Shown here: positions 35,272 through 44,161 of the stretch, piece after piece
How positions within the stretch are numbered: position 1 is the stretch's first letter
How the letters are laid out: each line of letters begins with the position of its first letter
Assembly: GCA_963845535.1 (NCBI GenBank)
Contig: CAWJSK010000015.1
Coordinates: 384,001 to 448,000 of the forward strand
Direction: 5' to 3'
Origin: an uncultured Spirochaetota bacterium
GTDB lineage: Bacteria > Spirochaetota > Spirochaetia > SZUA-6 > Fen-1364
Length of the DNA: 64,000 bases
The notes under the pieces: generated by a model
The model's database searches: none
What the model saw: the letters and a program-made list of their open reading frames with translations, nothing else
What the model was told of the DNA's origin: nothing
Program-made: the position numbers and the translations under genes

Positions 35272-36075
35272 ATGGACGACCGAAATAATATGCTTGCCGA
35301 GCAGAGAAGACGCAGGATCCTGGAGCTGATCCAGGAAGAGGGGAGCGCTCGGGTCAAGTTCCTCAGTCAGCTTTTCGAGGTGTCGGAACCAACCATACGC
35401 CAGGACCTGGAGCGGCTGGAAGCTGATGATTTCGTCATCCGAAGCCACGGGGGAGCGGTGCTCAAAACCATTCCCCAGCAGGTGCGCACGCTGTCTCTCC
35501 AGCACTCGGAGAACCTCGACAAGAAGGTGATCATCGGACGGGCGGCGGCCGCGCTCGTCTCTGACGGGGAGTCGCTCATCCTCGACTCGGGCTCGACCGC
35601 CACGGAGGTTGCCCGCAACCTCATGGGCAGGCAGAACCTGCGCATCATCACGAACGCGCTCAACATCGCCCTCATCGTCGGGGCCAATCCGACGTTCGAA
35701 GTCATGGTTACCGGCGGCGAGTTCAAGCCGCCCACGCTGTCCCTGACCGGGGAGAGAGCGGCGGCTTTCTTCTCCCAGATCCACGTCAGCAAGCTCTTCC
35801 TCGCCACCGGCGGGATTTCGGAGAACGACGAGCTGACCTACCCCGGCTTGAGCGACATCCCGGTGAAGAAAGCCATGATCAGGTCCGCCGGTGAAGTCTA
35901 TCTTGTGGCGGACTCCACGAAGATCGGGGTGCACAGCTTCGCCTCGCTGGGGGGAATAGAGCAGGTCCACTGCCTCATCATCGATTCCGGGATATCCCCC
36001 CAGACGCGTGAGCGGTTCGAGGCGCTGGGACTCAGGGTGATCATTGCTGATCAAGGAGAGACGTCGCATGAATAG
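35272..36075 (+). CDS. DeoR/GlpR family transcriptional regulator
   Basis: HTH FEVSEPTIRQDLERL, RSHGGA, LDSGSTA, ITNALNIA, ADSTKIG. Confidence 0.95.
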   Translation: MDDRNNMLAEQRRRRILELIQEEGSARVKFLSQLFEVSEPTIRQDLERLEADDFVIRSHGGAVLKTIPQQVRTLSLQHSENLDKKVIIGRAAAALVSDGESLILDSGSTATEVARNLMGRQNLRIITNALNIALIVGANPTFEVMVTGGEFKPPTLSLTGERAAAFFSQIHVSKLFLATGGISENDELTYPGLSDIPVKKAMIRSAGEVYLVADSTKIGVHSFASLGGIEQVHCLIIDSGISPQTRERFEALGLRVIIADQGETSHE

Positions 36076-37483
36076 CAAGATGACCTTCGGCGTCATTGTG
36101 GGAACGCGCGCATTTTTCAACCCCGAGCTCGCGCGAGCCGGAAGGACGCAGATTCTCGGCAAGCTGAAAGCCCTGGGGTTCGACTCCGTTGTCCTTCCCG
36201 CGGACGCCACGCCGACCGGGGTGGTTGAAACCATCGATGACGCGCAGAAATGCGCCAGGCTTTTTCGTGAGAACGAGTCCAGGATCGACGGGATCATCGT
36301 GACGTTGCCGAACTTCGGGGATGAGATCGGCATTGTCACGACGCTGAAGGAGTCCCGTCTGGCGGTCCCCGTGCTCGTCCACGCCTGTGATGACGATGTG
36401 GACAAGGTCGACCTCAAGCACCGACGGGACGCTTTCTGCGGGAAGCTCTCCGTGTGCAACAACCTCTACACGTACGGCATTCCGTTCACGAACACCAGCC
36501 TGCATACGAGCCCCATCGACAGCGCATCCTTCGAGTCGGACCTGCGGTACTTCGCGAGCGTCTGCCGCGTGGCAAACGGCTTGCGCAAGGCGCGCATCGG
36601 CGCAATTGGCGCGCGCCCCGCCCCGTTCCAGACCATGAGGGTGAGCGAGCGCCTCCTGCAGGCGTCAGGGATCACCGTGGTACCCGTTGATCTCTCCGAA
36701 ATCATTTTCGCCGCGGAGAGGGTCCCTGATGACGCCTCTGAGGTAGCCGCGAAGGTGGCTGAAATCCGCGCGTATGGGAAGATTCCCCAGGCCATCCCCG
36801 TCCCGAGCGTGGTGAAGAACGCAAAGCTGTCCCTGGTGATACGCGACTGGGTGCTGAAAAACAAGCTGGACGCGTTCTCCGTCCAATGCTGGAGCTCCAT
36901 CCAGCTGAATTACGGGTGCGCAACCTGCACCGTCATGAGCATGATGGGGGAGGAGCTCATCCCCGGCGCCTGCGAGGTCGACATCGCAGGGGCCATATCG
37001 ATGTACGCGTTGGCGCTGGCTGCCGGCATTCCGTCAGCGCTCCTGGACTGGAACAACAACTACGGTGAGGACAGGGACATGTGCGTCTGCACGCACTGCG
37101 GCAACTTTCCCAAGGGCTTCGTGGGCGGTGAGATCGAGATATCGGAGCTTGATGTCCTGGGGGAGACGCTCGGCCGGGAGCGCAGCTTCGGTGCAATCAA
37201 AGGCAAGGTGCGCTCAGGGCCCATGACGTATTTCCGTATGTCCACGGATGACCTTCATGGGAAGGTCCGCGCCTACATCGGTGAGGGAGATTTCACGGAT
37301 GATCCTTTCCCCATGGCGGGCGGCATTGCCGTGTGCAGGGTGCCGCGGCTGCAGCAGCTCATGGACCATCTCTGCTCCAACGGCTACGAGCATCACACGG
37401 CCATGGTGCGTGGACATCACGCGCGGGCGGTGAACGAGGCCGTCACGAAGTACCTGACGTGGGACTGCTTCTACAACCGGTGA
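36068..37483 (+). CDS. L-fucose/L-arabinose isomerase family protein
   Basis: LPNFGDE, RRDAFCGKLSVCNNL, QCW, ACEVD, HCGN, YEHH; RBS AAGGAG. Confidence 0.85.
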   Translation: MNSKMTFGVIVGTRAFFNPELARAGRTQILGKLKALGFDSVVLPADATPTGVVETIDDAQKCARLFRENESRIDGIIVTLPNFGDEIGIVTTLKESRLAVPVLVHACDDDVDKVDLKHRRDAFCGKLSVCNNLYTYGIPFTNTSLHTSPIDSASFESDLRYFASVCRVANGLRKARIGAIGARPAPFQTMRVSERLLQASGITVVPVDLSEIIFAAERVPDDASEVAAKVAEIRAYGKIPQAIPVPSVVKNAKLSLVIRDWVLKNKLDAFSVQCWSSIQLNYGCATCTVMSMMGEELIPGACEVDIAGAISMYALALAAGIPSALLDWNNNYGEDRDMCVCTHCGNFPKGFVGGEIEISELDVLGETLGRERSFGAIKGKVRSGPMTYFRMSTDDLHGKVRAYIGEGDFTDDPFPMAGGIAVCRVPRLQQLMDHLCSNGYEHHTAMVRGHHARAVNEAVTKYLTWDCFYNR

Positions 37484-37502
37484 GCTCGAGCAGGCGGACA
37501 TC

Positions 37503-39011
37503 ATGAGGGACTTGCCCGCGCGCCCTCTCATCGTTTCTGTGGATCAAAGCACCTCCGCCACCAAAGCGCTCATCTTCGATTCCTCCGCGGCCGTCGTCGC
37601 CCGAAGCAGCATGGAGCACCGACAGTTGTACCCGCAGGCGGGCTGGGTCGAGCATGACCCCGAAGAGCTGTATGCAAACACCGTTTCCGTAGTGAAAGAA
37701 GCGGCCCGGACCCTTGGCGCCGAAAAGGGGAGAGTCTGCGCGCTTGCGCTCACGAACCAGCGGGAGACTGCCGTTGTCTGGGACCGGGCCACCGGAAAGC
37801 CGGTTTACAACGCGGTTGTCTGGCAGGATCAAAGAGGCGCCGAGCTGTGCAAACGCCTGAAGGAGGCCGGTCGGGAGGCCGAGGTCAAGGCAAGGAGCGG
37901 CCTGCCCCTGGACCCGTACTTTTCAGCCAGCAAGATCCGGTGGATCCTGGACAATGTGCCGGGCGCTCGAGAGCGGGCGCGGGACGGAGCGCTTGCGTTC
38001 GGGACGGTGGACTCCTGGCTCCTGTGGAAGCTCACCGGGGGCCGGGTCCATGCCACAGATCCGACCAACGCCTCCAGAACCATGCTCATGAACCTGGCCG
38101 CCCTGGATTGGGACAATGCGCTTCTGCGCCTGTTCGACATCCCCCGAAGCATGGCTCCGCGCATCGAGCGGTCAAACAACGTTTTTGGAAGCACCACCGT
38201 TGAGGGCGCCTTCGACGAGCTTCCCGTCACCGGCATGCTGGGGGATTCCCATGCCGCCTTCTTCGGCCAGTGCTGCTTCGAACGCGGTCAGGCCAAGGCG
38301 ACGTACGGCACCGGCACGTCGATCATGATCAATATCGGCGGGCAGCCGTCAGGGTCCGGAAAAGCGGTGGCGACATCAGTGGGATGGGCCATCGACGGGC
38401 GCGTCGATTACGTCCTCGAGGGCAACATCCACTCCACCGGTGACACCGTCACATGGCTGCGTGACGGGCTCGGCATCCTGGGAAGCTCCGCGGAGTCCGA
38501 GGCCCTGGCGCTTTCGGTCCCTGACAACAACGGCGTCTACCTGGTTCCCGCCTTCTCGGGTCTTGGCGCGCCGTACTGGGACAACGGCGCCCGGGCGGCC
38601 ATCATTGGCATGGCGCGCAACACCACACGCGCCCACGTTGCGCGCGCGGCGGTGGAGGCAATTGCGTACCAGGTAAGTGACCTGGTGGACGCCATGAAAG
38701 GCGAAGGCGGCGTTCCGCTCACGGAGCTTCGCGTGGACGGCGGGGCGTCCACCAACCGGTTCCTTCTGCAGTTCCAGGCGGACATCCTGGACGTCCCCGT
38801 GGCTCCCTCCCCGCAGCCGGAAGCCTCTGCGCTGGGAGCGGCCATGATGGCCGGCCTGGCCGTGGGCGTCTGGAAAGATCTTGCCGCGCTCGCGTCCCTC
38901 AGGACATCTCCCGTGATCTATAGAAGCACGATGCAACCAGCCGTGCGGTCACGTCTTCTGGCGGGATGGCACGACGCCGTCGCCCGCACGCTCTCTGGCG
39001 CCAAGCGCTGA
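37503..39011 (+). CDS. FGGY-family carbohydrate kinase (glycerol kinase / apulose kinase-like)
   Basis: DQSTSATK, TNQRET, DPYFSASK, TNASRT, GDSHAA, KATYGTG, VPAFSGLGAPYW, VDGG. Confidence 0.9.
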   Translation: MRDLPARPLIVSVDQSTSATKALIFDSSAAVVARSSMEHRQLYPQAGWVEHDPEELYANTVSVVKEAARTLGAEKGRVCALALTNQRETAVVWDRATGKPVYNAVVWQDQRGAELCKRLKEAGREAEVKARSGLPLDPYFSASKIRWILDNVPGARERARDGALAFGTVDSWLLWKLTGGRVHATDPTNASRTMLMNLAALDWDNALLRLFDIPRSMAPRIERSNNVFGSTTVEGAFDELPVTGMLGDSHAAFFGQCCFERGQAKATYGTGTSIMINIGGQPSGSGKAVATSVGWAIDGRVDYVLEGNIHSTGDTVTWLRDGLGILGSSAESEALALSVPDNNGVYLVPAFSGLGAPYWDNGARAAIIGMARNTTRAHVARAAVEAIAYQVSDLVDAMKGEGGVPLTELRVDGGASTNRFLLQFQADILDVPVAPSPQPEASALGAAMMAGLAVGVWKDLAALASLRTSPVIYRSTMQPAVRSRLLAGWHDAVARTLSGAKR

Positions 39012-39021
39012 ATCAACTTTA

Positions 39022-39050
39022 AAAAAGTGGGAAACGATTTTCCACTTTTT
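39022..39050. terminator. Probable bidirectional intrinsic terminator between convergent genes
   Basis: AAAAAGTGGGAAA-cga-TTTTCCACTTTTT hairpin with A and T tracts on either side. Confidence 0.6.
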
Positions 39051-39092
39051 GCGTTTCTTATAGGAGCAGGACGCCCTTGTCGGCGCCGCTTG

Positions 39093-41453
39093 TTATCGGT
39101 TCTTTATGAACTTCTTGATTGCCGTGATCTGGCTCTTGCCGTCCAGCCCTGCTTCCCGCATGACCATATCCGCCTGCCCGCTCCCCAGGTAATGGCCTTT
39201 CTGGAAAGGATGCATGGTCGCCGTCCGTCCCTCTTCGCTCATGATCCACCGGTACATGGTGGGCAGCGTGAACCCTGTGATGCCCATGGCCTGGGAGGCA
39301 GCCTTCCGGGGATAGGCCTTTTCCTGGTGCGCTGGCGGCAGGAGGTCGAAGAGCTCCGCGCTGGAAACGTAGAAGACGTCCAGGTCAAGGCCTTCTTTCT
39401 CCGCACGGGGAAGTGCTTCCTGGACGAACGCGTACGCCACTTCGCTTCCCTGGAGCGTCACGGTTCCCTCAGGTTTCTTTCCCTGCGCGGACCTCAGCTT
39501 ATAGACGCCCGTCACCGCGCCGGCAGCCGGTGCCAACCCCAGCGCTGCGCGGTCCACCACGGTCTCATTCGGCCTGGTCACGAAGGGAGCAATGACGGCT
39601 GGGCGCTTTGCAAGCGCAGCGGCCAGCAGGAACCAGATCTCCTGCGGGTCCCACGGGGTAAGGGTGATGAGCGTCCCGCGCGGGAAGTTCCCCTGCAGGA
39701 GCTGCAGCGGCTGCGGGTCCGCGTGTGTGGGCCCGTCCTCCCCGGTCTTCAGTCCGGCATGCGCGCAGATCACGATCATGGGCCGATACGGTTCTCCGGA
39801 AACGGCGTGCCTGGCTTGATTGCCGATTGCATGCAGCCGCGCCGCCACGTGCCCCAGGGGGGCGAGGAACGCGCCGTAGGAGGACCCGACGCCCACGTTG
39901 TGCCCGAAGGCGGAGATGCCGCTGAGGGCTGCCACCATGGCGTCCTCGCAGATTCCCCCCACGGAGAGCAGCCGGGCGGCCGGGTTTGCAAAACCGTTGT
40001 AGAAGCCCTCGGGAAACCCCGCGCCAATGATGTTGCTGCTGGTGGATCCCATGAGATCCGCGGAAGCCGCAACCAGGGCGCCGCGGCTTTTCTTGTTGTA
40101 GTAGCCCAGCACCTTGCCCAGCTCTCCCCGAAGCGTCGTTACGGTCCCCGGCTTCAGCTTTAATTCCTCCGGAACGTCCCTGCCATGCGTCGAGGCGATT
40201 GCCTGGATGACGTCGATGTCCGGAGCGTTGCTCCGGGGCGTCCTCTTCCGGGACTCCAGACGGCTGCGCGCCGCGGCGAGCCGGCCGGACATCGCCTGGA
40301 CCAGCGGCCCGGACTTTTCCACTTCCGCGCGGATGAGGGACAACGCCTCCCAGAAGCAGTGGTCCATCACGCCCGGCTCCTTGCCGCCGGCGCATCTCTG
40401 GTTTTCCGCCGTGCACCGGGGAAGCTTGATGGTCGTTCCCTCCAGGAAAGGCTGGAGGGCGTCGAAGTAGCCGTCCGCGCAGAGCTTGTGACCGGCGCCG
40501 TGGGAAGCCCTGCCTTCTATGCCATATCTCCATCCCTTGATCGTCCGATAGACGATGGCGGTGGGCTGGCCGTTGTCGATCTGTCGGGCGCGCCTTTGCG
40601 CAGCGACGACTTGCTGGAAGTCCATGCCGTCAGGGACCTGAATGACATTCCAGTCATGGAGCCAGGCAAGCTCCATGGGGTTCCATTGCACGTACTCCCC
40701 CGGCGTGTCCCCGTCACGGCACACGCGGTTGGAGTCAATGGAGGCCTGGTTCCAGTCCACGTGAAGGAAGAGGTTGGCGAGCGAGGATGTGCCGGCGGCC
40801 GCCATCGCCTCCGAGACTCTTCCCGGGGTCATCCCGCCTTCTCCCTCCACCACGTGGATTGCCGGAGCATTGCGGCCGTACCGATCCATCGCGCCGAACG
40901 CAAGCCCCACGGACGCCGCCAGCCCGACACCGGATGCCCCCGTTGCCACGCGCACGTACGGAGTGGCCGGCGTGGGATGCCCGTCAAGGGCTTTCGAGCG
41001 CAGCTCTTTCAGGAGGGGGGTCATGCCTTCGGGGTTCTTGCGAAAGCCCAGAAGGTCTTCCAGCCGAAGCTGGCGGCTCTCTTCTTGCGGAAGAAGCCCG
41101 GGGTTTCCGAGCCGAAGCACCTCGTTGCGCAAAGCCCACAGGGAGTAGAGCCCGAGCGCCTTGTGCCCCGCGGCGTAGCAGAGGAGGTCGGCGTCCTCCC
41201 GGTCAGGCTCGGCCGTGTCGTAATCCATGGCGTCGAAAACAAGGGATGCGGCAAGCCGCCCCGAAGAGATGGACCCGCCGGGGTGTCCCGAGGTGGGAAC
41301 GTAGTTGTAGAGCATGGAGCACAACGATCTATAGATGAGGTCCAGCCTTTCGAAAGCGGCGAGCTCCTCCGAAGAGAGCGGTCCCTCATGGCCGTTCATC
41401 TCCTCGAGGATGTTGATGAAGATCCCCCTGCGCGGCGCGAAAGTCATGCCCAT
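39093..41453 (-). CDS. Atypical transketolase-like ThDP enzyme (786 aa)
   Basis: GHPGGSISS, GHKALGLY, LDGHPT, TGASGVG, variant ThDP motif EGEGG...DWN, SADL, GICE, GEDGPTH. Confidence 0.8.
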   Translation of the reverse strand: MGMTFAPRRGIFINILEEMNGHEGPLSSEELAAFERLDLIYRSLCSMLYNYVPTSGHPGGSISSGRLAASLVFDAMDYDTAEPDREDADLLCYAAGHKALGLYSLWALRNEVLRLGNPGLLPQEESRQLRLEDLLGFRKNPEGMTPLLKELRSKALDGHPTPATPYVRVATGASGVGLAASVGLAFGAMDRYGRNAPAIHVVEGEGGMTPGRVSEAMAAAGTSSLANLFLHVDWNQASIDSNRVCRDGDTPGEYVQWNPMELAWLHDWNVIQVPDGMDFQQVVAAQRRARQIDNGQPTAIVYRTIKGWRYGIEGRASHGAGHKLCADGYFDALQPFLEGTTIKLPRCTAENQRCAGGKEPGVMDHCFWEALSLIRAEVEKSGPLVQAMSGRLAAARSRLESRKRTPRSNAPDIDVIQAIASTHGRDVPEELKLKPGTVTTLRGELGKVLGYYNKKSRGALVAASADLMGSTSSNIIGAGFPEGFYNGFANPAARLLSVGGICEDAMVAALSGISAFGHNVGVGSSYGAFLAPLGHVAARLHAIGNQARHAVSGEPYRPMIVICAHAGLKTGEDGPTHADPQPLQLLQGNFPRGTLITLTPWDPQEIWFLLAAALAKRPAVIAPFVTRPNETVVDRAALGLAPAAGAVTGVYKLRSAQGKKPEGTVTLQGSEVAYAFVQEALPRAEKEGLDLDVFYVSSAELFDLLPPAHQEKAYPRKAASQAMGITGFTLPTMYRWIMSEEGRTATMHPFQKGHYLGSGQADMVMREAGLDGKSQITAIKKFIKNR

Positions 41454-42762
41454 GGCTTCCCCCCCTAGAAAAATTTTCTCCCTTTTTCATGAAGCGCGCG
41501 AATCCCTTCACGTCCTGCGCCGCCTCTGCGATCCGCGCCACCGCCTGCTTCAGGGATTCGAGGTCCGTGGCAATGGAGAGCCGAAGGAAGTGCATGTTCT
41601 CCGTGCCTATCCTTCCAAACGACTTGCGGTCCATCGTGGCCACCTGGTAATCGAAAAGCAGGAACATCTGAAGCAACGTCGAGGGAGTTGTCTGCTTTCT
41701 CACTTCAGCGGGAAGGCCCCGATGGGCTTCGAAGATTCCAAGGTGCTCGCACAAGCCGCTCACGTTGGGAAACACGTAGAAAGCGCCCTTGGGCTTCTGG
41801 CAGCTTACCCCGGGTATGGAGGACAGTCCCGCCACGATAAGGTTGCGCCGCTCCTGGAACGCGTCCACCATTTCCCGGATTGCTTTTACCGCAAGCGGTG
41901 ATTCCAGTCCCAGGCGCGCTCCTTCCTGGTTGTACGGCGACACGCAGGAGAAATAGTTGATGTTGAGGTTTTTGAAGACCTCCGTCTCTTCGACGGTGGG
42001 GAAGAGCGCCCAGCCAATGCGGCCGCCTGTCCAGGAGAAGCTCTTGGACGCGCCGCCCACGACGATCGTGCGCTTCTCCATCCCCGGGAACGAGGCAATG
42101 CTTTCATGACGGGACCCGTCGAAGAGGATGTCCTCATAAACTTCGTCGGAATAAACTCGCACGTCGGGCTGGCACTTCTCCTGAATCACTTTCGCGATCT
42201 CTTGAAGCTGCTCCCGGGATGCTACGCCGCCGGTTGGGTTGGAAGGGAAGTTGAGGAAGATCAACCTGGTCCACGGCGTGATTGCCGAGGCGATGTCCGC
42301 CCCGGAAAGCGTGAAACCAGACTCTTCCTTCAGGTGGACGGGCACGGGCTCGGCGCCGACGTACCGGGTGAAGGATTCATAGATGGGATAGCCGGGACTG
42401 GGGTAAATCACCTCGTCACCGGGATCACAGTAAGCTTCCTGGCTCAGACCGATGGGCGGCTTGCCCCCCGGGAACACAACGACCCTCCGCGGGTCTGCCG
42501 GGATTCCGCGCGTCTTCGCGAAGTGCCGTGCCACCGCCTCACGAAGCGACTGTATCCCCTGGGGATCACAGTAATGGGTATTGTCCCGGTCGATCTGCCT
42601 CTTGACTTCGTCCTTGATGAAGGCCGGCACGGGGAAATCAGGCTCCCCGAGGTTGCATTTGATGACGCTTTTGCCCTGGTCCTCGAGGGAACGTATCTTG
42701 GGTCCGATCTTGAACGCGTTCTCTGTGTCCAGCAGCCCGATCCTTTTCGAGAGCACCGCCAC
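41386..42762 (-). CDS. Class I/II PLP-dependent aminotransferase (aspartate aminotransferase-like)
   Basis: NLGEPDF, NFPSNPTG, SDEVY, SKSFSWTGGRIG (PLP Lys), PKGAFYVFPN; GTG start after AAGGAG. The true stop is probably the TAG near 41466; an apparent T-run slip causes the overlap with the next gene. Confidence 0.88.
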   Translation of the reverse strand: MAVLSKRIGLLDTENAFKIGPKIRSLEDQGKSVIKCNLGEPDFPVPAFIKDEVKRQIDRDNTHYCDPQGIQSLREAVARHFAKTRGIPADPRRVVVFPGGKPPIGLSQEAYCDPGDEVIYPSPGYPIYESFTRYVGAEPVPVHLKEESGFTLSGADIASAITPWTRLIFLNFPSNPTGGVASREQLQEIAKVIQEKCQPDVRVYSDEVYEDILFDGSRHESIASFPGMEKRTIVVGGASKSFSWTGGRIGWALFPTVEETEVFKNLNINYFSCVSPYNQEGARLGLESPLAVKAIREMVDAFQERRNLIVAGLSSIPGVSCQKPKGAFYVFPNVSGLCEHLGIFEAHRGLPAEVRKQTTPSTLLQMFLLFDYQVATMDRKSFGRIGTENMHFLRLSIATDLESLKQAVARIAEAAQDVKGFARFMKKGENFSRGGSHGHDFRAAQGDLHQHPRGDERP

Positions 42763-42891
42763 TGGCCTCTCCTTTCGCCGCCGAAAAGAAAGGAGGAAGG
42801 TGCGCCGGGTTGGCCTCACCTTCCTCCTGCAACTGCATTAAGAGTACGACGGAATGGTCATTTCGTGCAAGAAAAAAGTTGGCGGCGCCGC

Positions 42892-43251
42892 TCAGTTGGT
42901 TGCGACAAGGCTGACTGTCACCTGGGAGAAGGTGGCTGCGGGATTGAACGTGATGAGATAGCCGTGTCCGGCCGCAATGGAAAGCAGGACCGCGGTGGTC
43001 CAGGCGCTTCCGCTCTCTGCGGTCAACACGTTCTGCCCTGGCGGGATAGGGTAGCTGCCCGTCTGGGCTCCCGGGGCCAGTCCGCCGCCGACTATCAACG
43101 GGCCGAACTGGATGGCGCCAAGCGCGAAAGACGTGTTGTTGAAAAAGGTGACCTCGGTGCTCCCCCCCAGGAGCTGGCAGGAGGACAGCAGGAGCAGGAG
43201 AGGCAGCAAAAAGAGCAGTATGACCGCTTTCCAGAGAAGTCGTGCGCGCAT
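42892..43251 (-). CDS. Small hypothetical lipoprotein
   Basis: Leu-rich leader with lipobox LSSC; beta-rich mature part. Confidence 0.65.
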   Translation of the reverse strand: MRARLLWKAVILLFLLPLLLLLSSCQLLGGSTEVTFFNNTSFALGAIQFGPLIVGGGLAPGAQTGSYPIPPGQNVLTAESGSAWTTAVLLSIAAGHGYLITFNPAATFSQVTVSLVATN

Positions 43252-43312
43252 TCTTCATCAATAATAGCATAGTTGGAGACAGTTGGTTTTTTGCCGACAA
43301 TGAACCAACGGG

Positions 43313-44161
43313 ATGAAGCTGCCAAAGGACCTTACCCAATGGAGCAAATCCACTGCTCTCGCCGTGGGCTTCTGTCTCATCATGGCCATCGGCGTGATAG
43401 ACTACGCTACCGGCTATGAGCTTTCTTTGTCCATTTTCTACCTGATTCCGGTTTCTCTCCTGGCCTGGACCACGGGCAGGTGGCCCGGGTTGATCGGTGC
43501 CCTGATCAGCGCCTGCGTATGGGTCACGGCCGATATCCTGGCCGGAGAGAGTTTCCCCAGCCCTTTCTACGCTTTCTGGCACGTAGCCACCCGCACGGGC
43601 ATCCTCGGCACCTGCGCGCTTTTGTTCTCAGCCCTTCGGAAATCAATCGAGCATGAAAAGGCGCTCGCCCGCATTGACCATCTCACGGGCGCGGCCAACA
43701 CGAGGTCGTTCCAGGAAACGCTGCGCTCGGAAATCGAGCGCTCGCGCAGGTACAAACGGCCCTTTACGCTCGCCTACATCGATCTGGACAACTTCAAGGT
43801 CATCAACGATTCCTTCGGCCACTCCACGGGTGACCTTCTTTTGCAAACCGTGGTAACCGTGATCAAGAGCCATGCGCGAAGCACCGACGTGGTGGCCCGG
43901 CTCGGCGGGGACGAGTTCGCCCTTCTCCTGCCCGAAGCGGATGAGAAGGCGGCCCGGGCGGCAATCACAAAAACGCGCGAGGGCCTTGTGCTCGAGATGG
44001 GCCGCCGGGGATGGCCCGTCACCGTGTCCATAGGCGCCCTTACGTGCGTCGACTCGCGCCTCGGGGCTGACGAGCTTCTCAAGCAGGTGGACGACCTGAT
44101 GTATTCCGCCAAGATCAAGGGGAAGAACTCCATTTCCTTTTCCGCCCAGGGCGCCGAATGA
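43313..44161 (+). CDS. Membrane-anchored GGDEF diguanylate cyclase
   Basis: About 4 N-terminal transmembrane helices; DHLTGAAN, IDLDNFKVINDSFGH, RLGGDEF, DDLMYSAK; ATGA overlap with the next gene. Confidence 0.92.
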   Translation: MKLPKDLTQWSKSTALAVGFCLIMAIGVIDYATGYELSLSIFYLIPVSLLAWTTGRWPGLIGALISACVWVTADILAGESFPSPFYAFWHVATRTGILGTCALLFSALRKSIEHEKALARIDHLTGAANTRSFQETLRSEIERSRRYKRPFTLAYIDLDNFKVINDSFGHSTGDLLLQTVVTVIKSHARSTDVVARLGGDEFALLLPEADEKAARAAITKTREGLVLEMGRRGWPVTVSIGALTCVDSRLGADELLKQVDDLMYSAKIKGKNSISFSAQGAE

